From an uncultured Pseudobdellovibrionaceae bacterium (GTDB lineage: Bacteria > Bdellovibrionota > Bdellovibrionia > Bdellovibrionales > UBA1609): DNA of 64,000 nucleotides. Below the pieces are notes generated by a model. That model saw only the letters and a list, made by a program, of their open reading frames with translations. It was not told the origin of the DNA and made no database searches. The stretch lies in the NCBI GenBank assembly GCA_963803705.1, contig CAWDNU010000001.1, positions 352,001-416,000 on the forward strand, written 5' to 3'. The first letter of the stretch is position 1. Each line of letters begins with the position of its first letter. Below, piece after piece: positions 9,846 through 21,043 of this stretch. Both the position numbers and the translations under genes were made by a program.

Positions 9846-10085
9846 ATGTCTGAAAAAAAAGAAAATTCCAAGAATCCATTTGAGTCTAAGTTAACTCGTT
9901 TAGAAGAGATTGTTAAGAATATGGAATCCGGTCAATTAGGCCTAGAAGAGTCTTTAAAGTTATTCGAAGAGGGCGTTAAAATTTCCAGGGACTGCCAAAC
10001 CGAATTAGATGCTGCTGAACAGAAAGTTGAACTTCTAGTGAATTCAGCAACAGGCGAAAAAACTAAGTTCAATTCTGCGGAGTAA
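9846..10085 (+). CDS. xseB: Exodeoxyribonuclease VII small subunit
   Basis: FESKLTRLEEIV...LEESLKLFEEG; adjacent to xseA. Confidence 0.95.
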   Translation: MSEKKENSKNPFESKLTRLEEIVKNMESGQLGLEESLKLFEEGVKISRDCQTELDAAEQKVELLVNSATGEKTKFNSAE

Positions 10086-10090
10086 GAGAA

Positions 10091-11032
10091 GTGTTGAAAA
10101 CAAATTCTGAAATCTCTATTTTAGAGATGTGGAAAGAGGAATCTTATCTTTTCGAGGCTTCTTTAAAAGGTTTATTTGAAAAGAACTGTTTTGGTAATCA
10201 GGTTTTTAAATCTATCCAAAAAAAAGAGCTTACAATGGGTTCTGATCTCTTGCGCGATGCCATTCAGTACTCTTTATTCACTGGTGGAAAAAGATTTAGG
10301 CCAATGCTAACTTATGCTTCTTGCAAAGCCTTGGGACAGGATTTTAGATATGCAATAGATTGGGCAATTGCTGTGGAATGTATACACACTTACTCTTTAA
10401 TTCATGATGATTTGCCATCGATGGATAACGATGATCAGCGCAGAGGTCTGCCAACACTACATAAGAAGTACGACGAAGCCACCGCACTGTTAGCAGGCGA
10501 CGCACTATTCACCGAGGCGTTTAGTGTGTTGGCGAAAGCCTACAGTAAACATGCTAATCTGGCTGGTCTAATTCAGTTGTTGACGTCTCGTTCGGGTTTT
10601 GAAGGTATGGTATCTGGTCAAGCAAATGACTTGTTCTTTACCAGGTCAAATTTAGAAAAAAGCAGTAAGGCTCATACAAAAATTCCATCGCAGGACCAAG
10701 TCTTATATATTCATTTACAAAAAACCGCTGCACTGATTAACGCTTCATGCTTAGGTCCCTTTCTGATTTTTGATCAAAAAAGTGAACTGATTGAAAAGTT
10801 TAGTCATTTCGGTTTAATTTTGGGAATTTTATTTCAGCTAAAAGACGATTTTTTAGACGCAGATGATAAAGCTGAAAATAATATAGTTCAAACCGTAGGT
10901 GCCAGCAAAGCAAAAGACATTTATGATAAATACAAAACCCAAGCCTTAAGCTTAATGTCAAATTTGCCACCAACAATGCATCTAAAACCTTTTCAAGATT
11001 TAATTCAGTACAATGATACTAGGGCACTTTAG
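10091..11032 (+). CDS. ispA: Polyprenyl (farnesyl) diphosphate synthase
   Basis: GGKRFRP, HTYSLIHDDLPSMDNDDQRRG, KTA, FQLKDDFLD. Confidence 0.92.
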   Translation: MLKTNSEISILEMWKEESYLFEASLKGLFEKNCFGNQVFKSIQKKELTMGSDLLRDAIQYSLFTGGKRFRPMLTYASCKALGQDFRYAIDWAIAVECIHTYSLIHDDLPSMDNDDQRRGLPTLHKKYDEATALLAGDALFTEAFSVLAKAYSKHANLAGLIQLLTSRSGFEGMVSGQANDLFFTRSNLEKSSKAHTKIPSQDQVLYIHLQKTAALINASCLGPFLIFDQKSELIEKFSHFGLILGILFQLKDDFLDADDKAENNIVQTVGASKAKDIYDKYKTQALSLMSNLPPTMHLKPFQDLIQYNDTRAL

Positions 11033-11036
11033 TTAG

Positions 11037-11804
11037 ATGCGGTTAGATCAGTGGTTAGTGCAAGAACTAAAAGTAAGATCTAGATCCCAAGCTGAAGAGC
11101 TAATTAAAAGGGGCGAAGTCAAAGTTTATAACTTGGGCTTGGGGGCTTGGCTTAAAATATTTAAGCCTTCTTTTAAAATCGATCAAAATATAGATCCAAG
11201 TTTGGTAAAGATAACTTCTGTGCTGCTAGATTATGTTGCCCGTTCAGGTTACAAGTTGGAAAAAGCGGTTGAGCATGTGGGTTTAAAAATTCAGCAACTA
11301 AACTGTCTGGATGTTGGTCAGTCTACTGGAGGTTTTAGTCAATTTCTACTTAATAAAAAAGCTAAATTAGTTGTAGGGGTTGATGTGGGGGTAGGTCAGC
11401 TTGACCCAAAGCTAAGTAGAATTCCTAATTTGATTAGCTTTGAAAATTTAGACTTTCGAGATGCTCATAAAAATAAAGAGTTTTTAGAATATTCCCCTTT
11501 TGATCTGGTGGTTATAGATGTTTCTTTTATTTCGCTTGTCCACATTTTAGAATCTGTACCCGGCTTTCTTACTCTGTCTGGAAAAGTACTTGCATTAGTG
11601 AAGCCTCAGTTCGAGCTTTCAAAAAAAGACTTGGATAAAAGAGGTAGGGTGAAAGATCTAGATAAATACGAAGATGTAGAAATAAAAATCAAAAATTTTA
11701 TTGAAGAAAATAAGAGGCTTAAACTACTAGATTTTTTTCAGTCGGAACTCGAAGGTAAAGATGGTAACAAAGAATTCTTCATTTATTTACAGAAATTAGG
11801 TTAG
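11037..11804 (+). CDS. tlyA: TlyA family rRNA 2'-O-methyltransferase
   Basis: S4 domain MRLD; LDVGQSTGGF; DVSFISL; VKPQFE; GNKEF. Confidence 0.92.
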   Translation: MRLDQWLVQELKVRSRSQAEELIKRGEVKVYNLGLGAWLKIFKPSFKIDQNIDPSLVKITSVLLDYVARSGYKLEKAVEHVGLKIQQLNCLDVGQSTGGFSQFLLNKKAKLVVGVDVGVGQLDPKLSRIPNLISFENLDFRDAHKNKEFLEYSPFDLVVIDVSFISLVHILESVPGFLTLSGKVLALVKPQFELSKKDLDKRGRVKDLDKYEDVEIKIKNFIEENKRLKLLDFFQSELEGKDGNKEFFIYLQKLG

Positions 11805-12189
11805 ATTCCTCGCTGACTCTTGTTACAAATTTACGTTATTTTCAAGCCAAGTGCGAACTTCTAATCTTACATCTGAAGCAAAGATGATAATAATTCTACA
11901 TCTTTTATTTTGTCTGAATTAGCACTTTCAAGGTGCTTAGCGCACGAGTTAGCTTTACACTCTAGGCTAAGGAACAGAGTAAAAGTAGGTTAGACAAGCT
12001 ATAAAACATAACTTTTGTATTAGATCTTTCATTTGTATATAGTTGTCCAAAACATATACCACAGTAAGGCTTTTTGAACTAAATCAAATGCTTAACTTTA
12101 TGGTGTCATTTACTTATGAGTTAATACGAACTAAATTAGCTTAATTTATAGCTTAGGGTTTAGAATTGATTTGCGAGGGTAGGATTTTG

Positions 12190-13161
12190 ATGAAAATTTA
12201 TATAGTGATGTTTATAGTTCTGTCCTTGTCAGGCTGTCAGACAGCTGATTTCGGCTTGAAAACTCGAGAACAGATTGAAGACCATGCCAAAAAAGATGAG
12301 GTCCAAGCTCCTGCGGAAACTACCGAAGAAAGCCTTAACGACAAAAAAGTTAATCGGAATAAACTATTCAACACATCAACTGATCAAGAGCAAATTCGTC
12401 CAAAGGTTGGCCTGATTTTGGGACCTGGACTTTCATTTTCAATGGCGCATTTAGGCGTGCTGAAAGCTGTTAACGATCAAAAAATTCCTATTCAATCTGT
12501 TGCTGGAATGGGTTGGTCTAGTCTGATAGCCGCAAATTATGCAATCAATGGCGCCGTAAACGATATGCGTTGGAAGGCTTTCCAAGGTAGCTTTGCAAAT
12601 GCAGTAAGCACTAGCTTTTTAGGGGGAAGTATTAAAGAAACAGGTGACAATGTTTATGGATCCCTGATTAATCAGTACACCCGTGGGCGTTCTCTTGCTC
12701 AGTCGAAGATTCCATTTCTATGCCCGGCCTTACAAGTTAGAAAAGGGCGAGCAGTCATTATAAAATCCGGTAGTTATGCACAAGCTTTAAAGTCTTGTAT
12801 GAAGGTTCCACCTCTTGCTCAGACCGAATCCAGCACTTGGGCTTACTTACTTGAAATTAAAGAATTAGTATTTCAAATGAAGCGTTTGGGTGCCCAAAAA
12901 ATTATCTTTGTGAATGTCTTGCCCCGCGCTGGGATGAATTGGGGTAAACAGGCCTCTGCAATTGATGCTAGAGATCAGCTTTTTTGGGCTCAAGTTATTC
13001 AGGGGCTTAAGCCACAAGATATGGGCGCCGATCATGTTTTAACTTTGTCCATGAACGGACATTTGGCTTTGGATTTTAAAAATGTGAAGCGAATGATAGA
13101 GGTGTCCGAATCAAAGGCTCAAGACTATTTTGCTAAGTTCGCCAGAAAGTATAGTTTTTAG
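12190..13161 (+). CDS. Patatin-like lipoprotein, probably catalytically degenerate
   Basis: Lipobox LSGC; VGLILGPG..AHLGVLK patatin N-terminal motif; GxSxG replaced by GMGWS. Confidence 0.7.
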   Translation: MKIYIVMFIVLSLSGCQTADFGLKTREQIEDHAKKDEVQAPAETTEESLNDKKVNRNKLFNTSTDQEQIRPKVGLILGPGLSFSMAHLGVLKAVNDQKIPIQSVAGMGWSSLIAANYAINGAVNDMRWKAFQGSFANAVSTSFLGGSIKETGDNVYGSLINQYTRGRSLAQSKIPFLCPALQVRKGRAVIIKSGSYAQALKSCMKVPPLAQTESSTWAYLLEIKELVFQMKRLGAQKIIFVNVLPRAGMNWGKQASAIDARDQLFWAQVIQGLKPQDMGADHVLTLSMNGHLALDFKNVKRMIEVSESKAQDYFAKFARKYSF

Positions 13162-13188
13162 TAAAGGTGATTTGTAGGAAACAAAAAT

Positions 13189-14514
13189 ATGAAAAGTAAT
13201 CCAGAAGCTCTATATAATCTTGAATTTTTTAAAAATAGACGTGACCGATTGGCAGATTTGATGAAGTCGAATGAAGCAATGATTTTATTTTCGACGCCAG
13301 AATATTATAGAAACGGTGATGTGCCACATAACCACCGCCAGGACAGCAGTCTTTTTTATTTAACTGGTTTTGAAGAGCCAGAATCGATATTTATTTTCTG
13401 CCCAGGACAAAAATTCCAAAGCATTCTGTTTGTTCAAAAAAAGGACCCCCTAAAGGAAACGTGGGACGGATTTTTATTTGGGGTTGACGGGGCAAAAGAG
13501 CAGTTTGCTATGGACGCTGCTTATGAAAATAGTAAATTTCAAACCATGGCTTTGGATTTACTCCTTTATGCAGACACTGTTTATACTAACGCAGAGTATG
13601 CAAGCCAGAACGGCTTGAAACTAAATGAAATTTTAAAAAAAGTTCAGCGTAAAAAGGGTCGAAGCGGCTTAGGTTTGATGTCAGTTTCTGACTCTGTAAA
13701 CCTCATGGGACCTTTACGAGTTAAGAAAACCGAAGAGGAGATACAGATATTAAGAAAGTCGTGTCAGATTTCATCAGAGGCTCACAAAGCAATGATGAAG
13801 GCTGTAAGGCCTGGGATCTCTGAAAGAGAGCTACATGGTTTATTTCTTTACGAAATCATGAAACATGGAGCCCAAAGAGAAGGCTATTCTGCAATCGTGG
13901 CATCCGGAACTCATGGAACCACTCTTCACTACAAAACTAATCATGACATATGCCAAGATGGCGAGTTACTTTTGGTGGATGCAGGGGGAGAATACAATTA
14001 TTTAACAGCTGACATAACCCGCACTTACCCTGTAAGCAAAAAGTTTTCTTCAGAGCAAAAAGATTTGTACCAAAGAGTTTTAGACGTTCAAAAAACCATG
14101 ATAGCAGCTGTTAAACCTGGTGCACATTTCAAGTTATTAAATGAAAAAACAATTTCACTGCTAGTAGATCATATGATTGATTTAAAATTGTTTAAGCAGT
14201 CCAAAGATCAGATCATTTCCGAAAGACTTTTTACAAAATATTATCCCCATAGCTTAGGTCATTTTTTGGGAATGGACGTTCATGATGTTGGAGCCTACTT
14301 TAAAGCAGATATGTCAGATCCAATTTCTTTCGAACCAGGAAATGTAATAACCATTGAACCGGGACTTTATATACCTAAAGATGATGAACAAGCCCCACCA
14401 GAACTAAGAGGTTTAGGTGTTCGTATTGAAGACGATATTTTAATCACAGAACAGGCTTTTGAAGTACTGACTCACGACTGTCCGAAAGAAATTTCTGATC
14501 TTGAACAAATGTAA
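13189..14514 (+). CDS. pepP: Xaa-Pro aminopeptidase P
   Basis: RQDSSLFYLTG, LHY, DAG..ADITRT, HSLGHFLGMDVHD, TIEPG, GVRIEDD. Confidence 0.95.
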   Translation: MKSNPEALYNLEFFKNRRDRLADLMKSNEAMILFSTPEYYRNGDVPHNHRQDSSLFYLTGFEEPESIFIFCPGQKFQSILFVQKKDPLKETWDGFLFGVDGAKEQFAMDAAYENSKFQTMALDLLLYADTVYTNAEYASQNGLKLNEILKKVQRKKGRSGLGLMSVSDSVNLMGPLRVKKTEEEIQILRKSCQISSEAHKAMMKAVRPGISERELHGLFLYEIMKHGAQREGYSAIVASGTHGTTLHYKTNHDICQDGELLLVDAGGEYNYLTADITRTYPVSKKFSSEQKDLYQRVLDVQKTMIAAVKPGAHFKLLNEKTISLLVDHMIDLKLFKQSKDQIISERLFTKYYPHSLGHFLGMDVHDVGAYFKADMSDPISFEPGNVITIEPGLYIPKDDEQAPPELRGLGVRIEDDILITEQAFEVLTHDCPKEISDLEQM

Positions 14515-14597
14515 AGTGTTTTAGATCTTGATATAACAAGCTTTGCTCCTGTTACTTATTTATATCCATATCTTAGGTGTTTAGAAGGTTACTTGAT

Positions 14598-15386
14598 CTA
14601 GGCCTCTTCGTTGTAATCAAAATGGATCCACTTGTTTTTTTCGCACATACTCATCATTTCGTTTTCTCTGTCGAACAAAGAGTTTCCCGGATCTACCGAA
14701 CGAACACCCATTTTAAATTTACTAGAAGTATTTAACAAATGAATATCGCTGATAGAGTTTCCCCCACATAATATTGGGGACTTGCCCTTAGTTGCTTCTA
14801 TTATGGCGTCGGCTTTTCCTTTAGTCCAGGTCAGAGGCTTTACTCGATTTGTAGTGATCAAACCATTTTTATCAATTTCTGTTTCTACCCCCAATATGTG
14901 GGATTTTTCAATGCCCAATTCTTTAGCAGCAGGTACGACAGACCAGGACACGGAGGCCGTCACCATATAAACCTCCACATTTTTTTCCTGTAGAAACGAA
15001 ATTAGTTTTTTAGTGCTAGGTATAAGTTTTAGGTCTTTTCTTGTGGTCATGCAGTCTAGAGCATCCTGAATTACGCTGTGAGGTTCACGACCCTCATTGA
15101 TTTCTGCCATCCACCAAAGTGCTTCCTCAACATCTTTAAGTTCGCGCTTGGCGTAGTCATCCCACGTCCATTTTTTTTTATAAATATTTTCGCATTGATG
15201 AAGGAAAACCTCGCGGCCAACATCATTAAACCAACAGGTGCCATCTGCATCAAAGGCAGCGTAATGTGGACCTCTTTGTGTTTTCAGATAATCATTAATA
15301 TCATTTAAAAGTAGATCTAGCTTTGAATCCCAGAAATTTGAAGTGTTCATAAATTTAAAATGACAAAAAAACTTTGTTTGTGACAT
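14598..15386 (-). CDS. HAD-superfamily hydrolase (phosphoserine-phosphatase-like)
   Basis: FDADGT motif I; VTAS motif II; GK and GNSISD motifs. Confidence 0.85.
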   Translation of the reverse strand: MSQTKFFCHFKFMNTSNFWDSKLDLLLNDINDYLKTQRGPHYAAFDADGTCWFNDVGREVFLHQCENIYKKKWTWDDYAKRELKDVEEALWWMAEINEGREPHSVIQDALDCMTTRKDLKLIPSTKKLISFLQEKNVEVYMVTASVSWSVVPAAKELGIEKSHILGVETEIDKNGLITTNRVKPLTWTKGKADAIIEATKGKSPILCGGNSISDIHLLNTSSKFKMGVRSVDPGNSLFDRENEMMSMCEKNKWIHFDYNEEA

Positions 15387-15433
15387 ATAAAAGAGTAATC
15401 GCAGGCACGCGTCATGGTATGCTCAACCTGGAA

Positions 15434-15530
15434 TTTAAAACCCGAGTGCGCGAAAAGCGCTCAGAGTGAAACTTTAAATCCTGGTGCGCGAAAAGCGCTC
15501 AAAGTGAAACTTTAAATCCGAATGCGCGAA
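15434..15530. repeat. 38-bp tandem repeat, about 2.5 copies
   Basis: TGCGCGAAAAGCGCTCA(G/A)AGTGAAACTTTAAATCC units start at 15447, 15485 and 15523 (partial). Confidence 0.9.
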
Positions 15531-15545
15531 GCTTTTAAAGGAGCT

Positions 15546-16004
15546 ATGTTGGAATTTGATAAGCTTAGAGTTTTAAGAATCCAAGATAAACAAGATATTA
15601 TAAACTATGAAGCAGCTAGGTCTAAAAGCGACGATGACCCTTTAAGCTTTATGGATACTTGGTCAGCACCTTGGCGCGAAGAATCGCTAGATCATTATTT
15701 AGAATTGGGTTGGTGTATGGGGTATCACTTAAATTCTACCTTAAAATCTTACATACTAGTGCAGCCAATTTTGTTCTTCAGAGGTTTGACCCAGAGTCTT
15801 TGGGTAGAGACTATCCGTTCTGACACAGAGGCCGAATTTTCGACTCTGTTAGAAGCCGTGATTAGAGTGGCTAAGGAAAAACATTTGCAACAGGTGTTTT
15901 TTCATCAAACTCTTTTTCAAGACTGTGAAAGTCAGCTTACAAGCTTTAAGATAGAATCTCTTTCAGAATTTTCATTTGTGAAAACTACAAGGTGGCAAGC
16001 TTGA
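15546..16004 (+). CDS. Hypothetical protein, possibly GNAT-like fold
   Basis: AGGAG RBS before ATG 15546; coupled to glpD. Confidence 0.7.
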   Translation: MLEFDKLRVLRIQDKQDIINYEAARSKSDDDPLSFMDTWSAPWREESLDHYLELGWCMGYHLNSTLKSYILVQPILFFRGLTQSLWVETIRSDTEAEFSTLLEAVIRVAKEKHLQQVFFHQTLFQDCESQLTSFKIESLSEFSFVKTTRWQA

Positions 16005-17683
16005 ACACGCGATTTTCATTTAGAGATAGACCTCAAGTTTTGAAAGCAGCGCAGAATGAAACCTACGATTTGATTGTTATCGGCGGAGGAATAAACGGAG
16101 CTGGTGTAGCCAGGGATGCAGCTCGAAGGGGCTTGTCAGTACTATGTTTGGAGCAATCTGACTTAGCCTCTGGTACAAGCTCAAGGTCTTCTAAGTTGGC
16201 ACATGGTGGACTTCGATACTTAGAAAATTTTGAATTTCGATTAGTGTTCGAAGCCTTAAACGAAAGAAATCACATGTTGAAAGCAGCGCCTCATATGGTT
16301 CATCCTTTAGAATTTATTCTGCCAATGTACCATGGCGACCGCGTCTCTCCACTAAAAATGAAGATGGGCATGTTGCTCTACGATATGCTTGCGCTCTTTA
16401 GAGCTCCTAAGGCACATAGTTTTTTGGGACCAGCTAAAACCATTGCCAGGGTAAAGAATTTGAATGCCAGAGGGTTGAAGGGGGCATTCGCCTATTCTGA
16501 CGCTTACATGGATGACGATAGATTAGTGTTTGAAATTGCAAGGGACGCCAACAGATTTGATGCACACTTTTTGACCTACTTTGAAGTGTTGGGCTCTGTA
16601 GCAGAAAGTTTGGACACGCCTGTCAAAACTTTAAGAGCAAAGGACCTTATCTCTGGAGATACACACCTATTTAAGGGACGACATATTATGACCACCGTCG
16701 GACCGTGGACTGATAAAGTTGCATCAAAGCTTTTGCCCGACTGGCATCCTAGAATGAGGCCCACTAAGGGTGTTCACTTAACTTTAAGTCGCCTTGATTT
16801 TCCATTGGACGACGCCGTGGTAATGGCGGCAGATAAGCAAAAACGGATTATTTTCGCGATCCCTAGACAGGAAATGGTCATTATTGGAACAACTGATACT
16901 GATTTTAAAGCAGACCCATCGGATGTTAACGCAAGCTCCGAGGATGTTGATTATTTAATTAATATATTGGAAGAGTATTTTCCATTGGCAAAAATAGATC
17001 GATCAAAGGTTATCGCTAGCTACAGCGGCGTCAGGCCTCTGGTTGATGATAGCGGACATAGAGATGTAGTATCTGAAAGCAAAGTGAGTCGCGACCATGT
17101 CATTGTCTCTGACAAAAGAGGCTTTACATTTTTGATGGGCGGTAAATATACAACTTATCGCCTAATGTGCGAAGAGGCAGTTGACGAGGCCTTAAAACAC
17201 TTCACGAAAGCTGAAAGAAAGTCTTTCAGGAAATGTTCCACCAAAGATTTGCTAAACCCAAAAATTAATTTGGACTCTTATACTAATGCATTAAGAAGAG
17301 TTGATGTGTTGGCTGAAAAGCATAATTTAAGCCATATACAAACAAAAATGCTAGTAGAACGCCACGGCCCTGAAGCAAATGATATTTTGGAAGCAGGTTC
17401 ATTTGATTATGTTTGGGAGTACGAGGCTAAACACGCTTTAGAGCAAACCTGCTGCGCAAATCTTTTAGACTTTTATACCCGTAGAGTGCCTTTGTTTCTG
17501 GGAAAAAGGGATCATGGTTTTAAATTTTTAAAACGTGTCGGCGTTATTTTTCAGAAGTACTTTGAATGGAATGATGAGCAGTTGTCCCTGGAGATACAAA
17601 AAGTTTTTGACCACTCCAAGTCAGAACTATCTTGGAAGGATTTGACTGATGTCCCAACCCCAGACAAAATAGACTATATTTGA
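15992..17683 (+). CDS. glpD: FAD-dependent glycerol-3-phosphate dehydrogenase
   Basis: IGGGINGAG, GTSSRSSKLAHGGLRYL, IGTTDT, GVRPL, GGKYTTYR. Confidence 0.95.
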   Translation: MASLNTRFSFRDRPQVLKAAQNETYDLIVIGGGINGAGVARDAARRGLSVLCLEQSDLASGTSSRSSKLAHGGLRYLENFEFRLVFEALNERNHMLKAAPHMVHPLEFILPMYHGDRVSPLKMKMGMLLYDMLALFRAPKAHSFLGPAKTIARVKNLNARGLKGAFAYSDAYMDDDRLVFEIARDANRFDAHFLTYFEVLGSVAESLDTPVKTLRAKDLISGDTHLFKGRHIMTTVGPWTDKVASKLLPDWHPRMRPTKGVHLTLSRLDFPLDDAVVMAADKQKRIIFAIPRQEMVIIGTTDTDFKADPSDVNASSEDVDYLINILEEYFPLAKIDRSKVIASYSGVRPLVDDSGHRDVVSESKVSRDHVIVSDKRGFTFLMGGKYTTYRLMCEEAVDEALKHFTKAERKSFRKCSTKDLLNPKINLDSYTNALRRVDVLAEKHNLSHIQTKMLVERHGPEANDILEAGSFDYVWEYEAKHALEQTCCANLLDFYTRRVPLFLGKRDHGFKFLKRVGVIFQKYFEWNDEQLSLEIQKVFDHSKSELSWKDLTDVPTPDKIDYI

Positions 17684-17759
17684 AAGCTATTGAGTTTGGT
17701 CGAAGAAGGGTTCAGACTAAGACTTAAATCAGTAGCGTATTCAACAAAGGGACTGCTAA

Positions 17760-19266
<1,507 letters not shown>

Positions 19267-19267
<1 letters not shown>

Positions 19268-19680
19268 TGAGCATGGAACCACGTATGCCTAGAAGCAGAT
19301 TGTCGCCTCCGCCTCGGGAGATGTCAGAGTTTTTTTTCGAGCAGAGACTGTATGATTTCACAAATAAAAAATTGTCACCTTTTTTGACAGAAGACATGAA
19401 GAAGTACATGGATGATAATATGGAAGCCAAGGAAAAAGTTGGAGCAATGCTACTGGCTTTCGAATATTTTAATGCTATTTCAGAAATTAAACTTGAATAT
19501 GATAAATCAGAATTTTTGAATTACAGAAAAACTTGGTTCAAAAGTTTAAAAGCCAACTTAAAAATCATCTGTTTTGTAATTCTCTTTTTTGCATTTTTTC
19601 TGGGTTTACTTCTAAATTTGACCGAAGTTGTTCAATTTTTTTCGCCTTATTTTGAAACGCTCAAGCAAGTGGTGCGTTAG
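19267..19680 (+). CDS. Membrane protein, possible anti-sigma factor
   Basis: Coupled to the sigma-like gene; soluble N-terminus and one C-terminal TM helix. Confidence 0.55.
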
Positions 19681-19752
19681 TCTGCAGAATTTATTTCTTA
19701 TGGTTACATAAAATTTAGTTGTTTTAAGATGATTCAAGTTGGTTAAGCTAGC

Positions 19753-19779
19753 TAAAGAACGGTTAGATAATGCCGATAA
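19753..19779 (+). promoter_or_regulatory. Sigma28 (FliA) promoter
   Basis: TAAA-N15-GCCGATAA exact consensus; ATG 19787 follows after 7 nt. Confidence 0.8.
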
Positions 19780-19786
19780 AGCACTG

Positions 19787-20329
19787 ATGGAAAGAAAATT
19801 AAGAAAAAAAAATAATCACGATATCATCCAAGCCTTGGCTCTGTTCAGTCTGGTTTTTTTCGGTTTTTACTTTGTTTTCTCGTCTATCAATTTTGAATCT
19901 TATGACGAAGACTCTGTCGATATTGTTGCTCTTGACAGGAAGGTTGATAAAGCCGTTAACAAAAGTTTACGCAAAGCTTTTGGTAAAACTCAGTTAAGGG
20001 ATCTAGAGGTGAATACAGAAAGAGTAAACTTAACTCATAAATTTAAAGAAAGGTTTCAAGAAGATTCAAAAGCTTGGTTGCCCGTGACAAAAGACTCGAC
20101 TGACTTGTACGAAGAAGATATGTCTAGCAATGAAATAAATCTGTCTTCTTTGTCCGTAGAGGCGCAGCTTAGAGATCAAATAACCGCAAAGAAAGAATCT
20201 GAAAAACAAAACGAACGGCAAAAGAAAGAATACATTAAAGCCTACAAAGAGAACGCAAAAAAAGACGGTTGGGTGGTTGAACTAAATGATAATTTAGAAG
20301 TAATTTCTGCTAAGCCCACAAAGTTTTAA
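19787..20329 (+). CDS. Membrane-anchored hypothetical protein (start revised to ATG 19787)
   Basis: In frame with ORF 19739; N-terminal TM; the FliA promoter lies inside the longer ORF call. Confidence 0.75.
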   Translation: MERKLRKKNNHDIIQALALFSLVFFGFYFVFSSINFESYDEDSVDIVALDRKVDKAVNKSLRKAFGKTQLRDLEVNTERVNLTHKFKERFQEDSKAWLPVTKDSTDLYEEDMSSNEINLSSLSVEAQLRDQITAKKESEKQNERQKKEYIKAYKENAKKDGWVVELNDNLEVISAKPTKF

Positions 20330-20339
20330 GCAGGTCTTT

Positions 20340-20529
20340 CTGCTTCCAGCAGTGCTACTGTCTAGCGCTCATCTTGCGCTTTTCCTGCTTCCAGCAGTGC
20401 TACTGTCTAGCGCTCTTTACTCGCGCTTTTCCTGCTTCCAGCAGTGCTACTGTCTAGCGCTCATCTCGCGCTTTTCCTGCTTCCAGCAGTGCTGCTGTCT
20501 AGCGCTCTTCACTCGCGCTTTTCTGCTGG
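20340..20529. repeat. Tandem array of four 45/47-bp units
   Basis: CTGCTTCCAGCAGTGCT(A/G)CTGTCTAGCGCTC-N-GCGCTTTTC repeated 4 times with alternating lengths. Confidence 0.92.
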
Positions 20530-20891
20530 ATAAAACCTTCATCTAAAAATGAAAAGTAGGATTTAGACCCTAGAATAATGTGATCGGCAATTTCTAAGTC
20601 CAAGACTCTGCCAAGGTCCAAAAGCTGTTTAGTTATTCGCAGGTCTTCTTTCGAAGGATATATGTCTGAAGATCTTGGATGAGAATGTGCGATGATGATT
20701 TGATCGGCGTTGTGCAAGAAACCTAACTTAAAAATTTCTCTTGGATATATTTTGCACTTTCTCAGAGTACCCATGAAAAGCACTTCGCAGAAGATGATCT
20801 CTTTTTTTAAGTTTAGTCCCAATGCCCAGAATTCTTCGCGCTCGAATTTAATTTTTGGACGTAATTTTTTATATACAACCTGGCTATTCAT
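20499..20891 (-). CDS. radC: RadC-like JAB domain protein (short form)
   Basis: EEFW, IYPREIF, AHSHP..PSKED, DHIILG..YFSF. Confidence 0.85.
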   Translation of the reverse strand: MNSQVVYKKLRPKIKFEREEFWALGLNLKKEIIFCEVLFMGTLRKCKIYPREIFKLGFLHNADQIIIAHSHPRSSDIYPSKEDLRITKQLLDLGRVLDLEIADHIILGSKSYFSFLDEGFIQQKSASEER

Positions 20892-21043
20892 AAAACCCTT
20901 TGTTGATATCTGGGTTTCAAGAAACGTATTTAATCAAAACTAGTAGGATGGATTTGGTACAAATGTGCCCGGAATGCAAATGACATAATTTCTAGAACAG
21001 CACTGGAAACAATACTGTTCAGTTGGTAACGTGAATTAGTCCC

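Noticed and set aside
11820..12000. Minus-strand fragments resembling a decayed secreted-protein gene
   Set aside because: Cannot be assigned to a family or delimited by eye
20340..20529. Possible CRISPR array (also 15434-15530 and 44157-44241)
   Set aside because: Units are contiguous near-identical tandem copies with no unique spacers and no cas genes
20352..20546. 64-aa ORF
   Set aside because: Translation of the tandem repeat, antisense to radC
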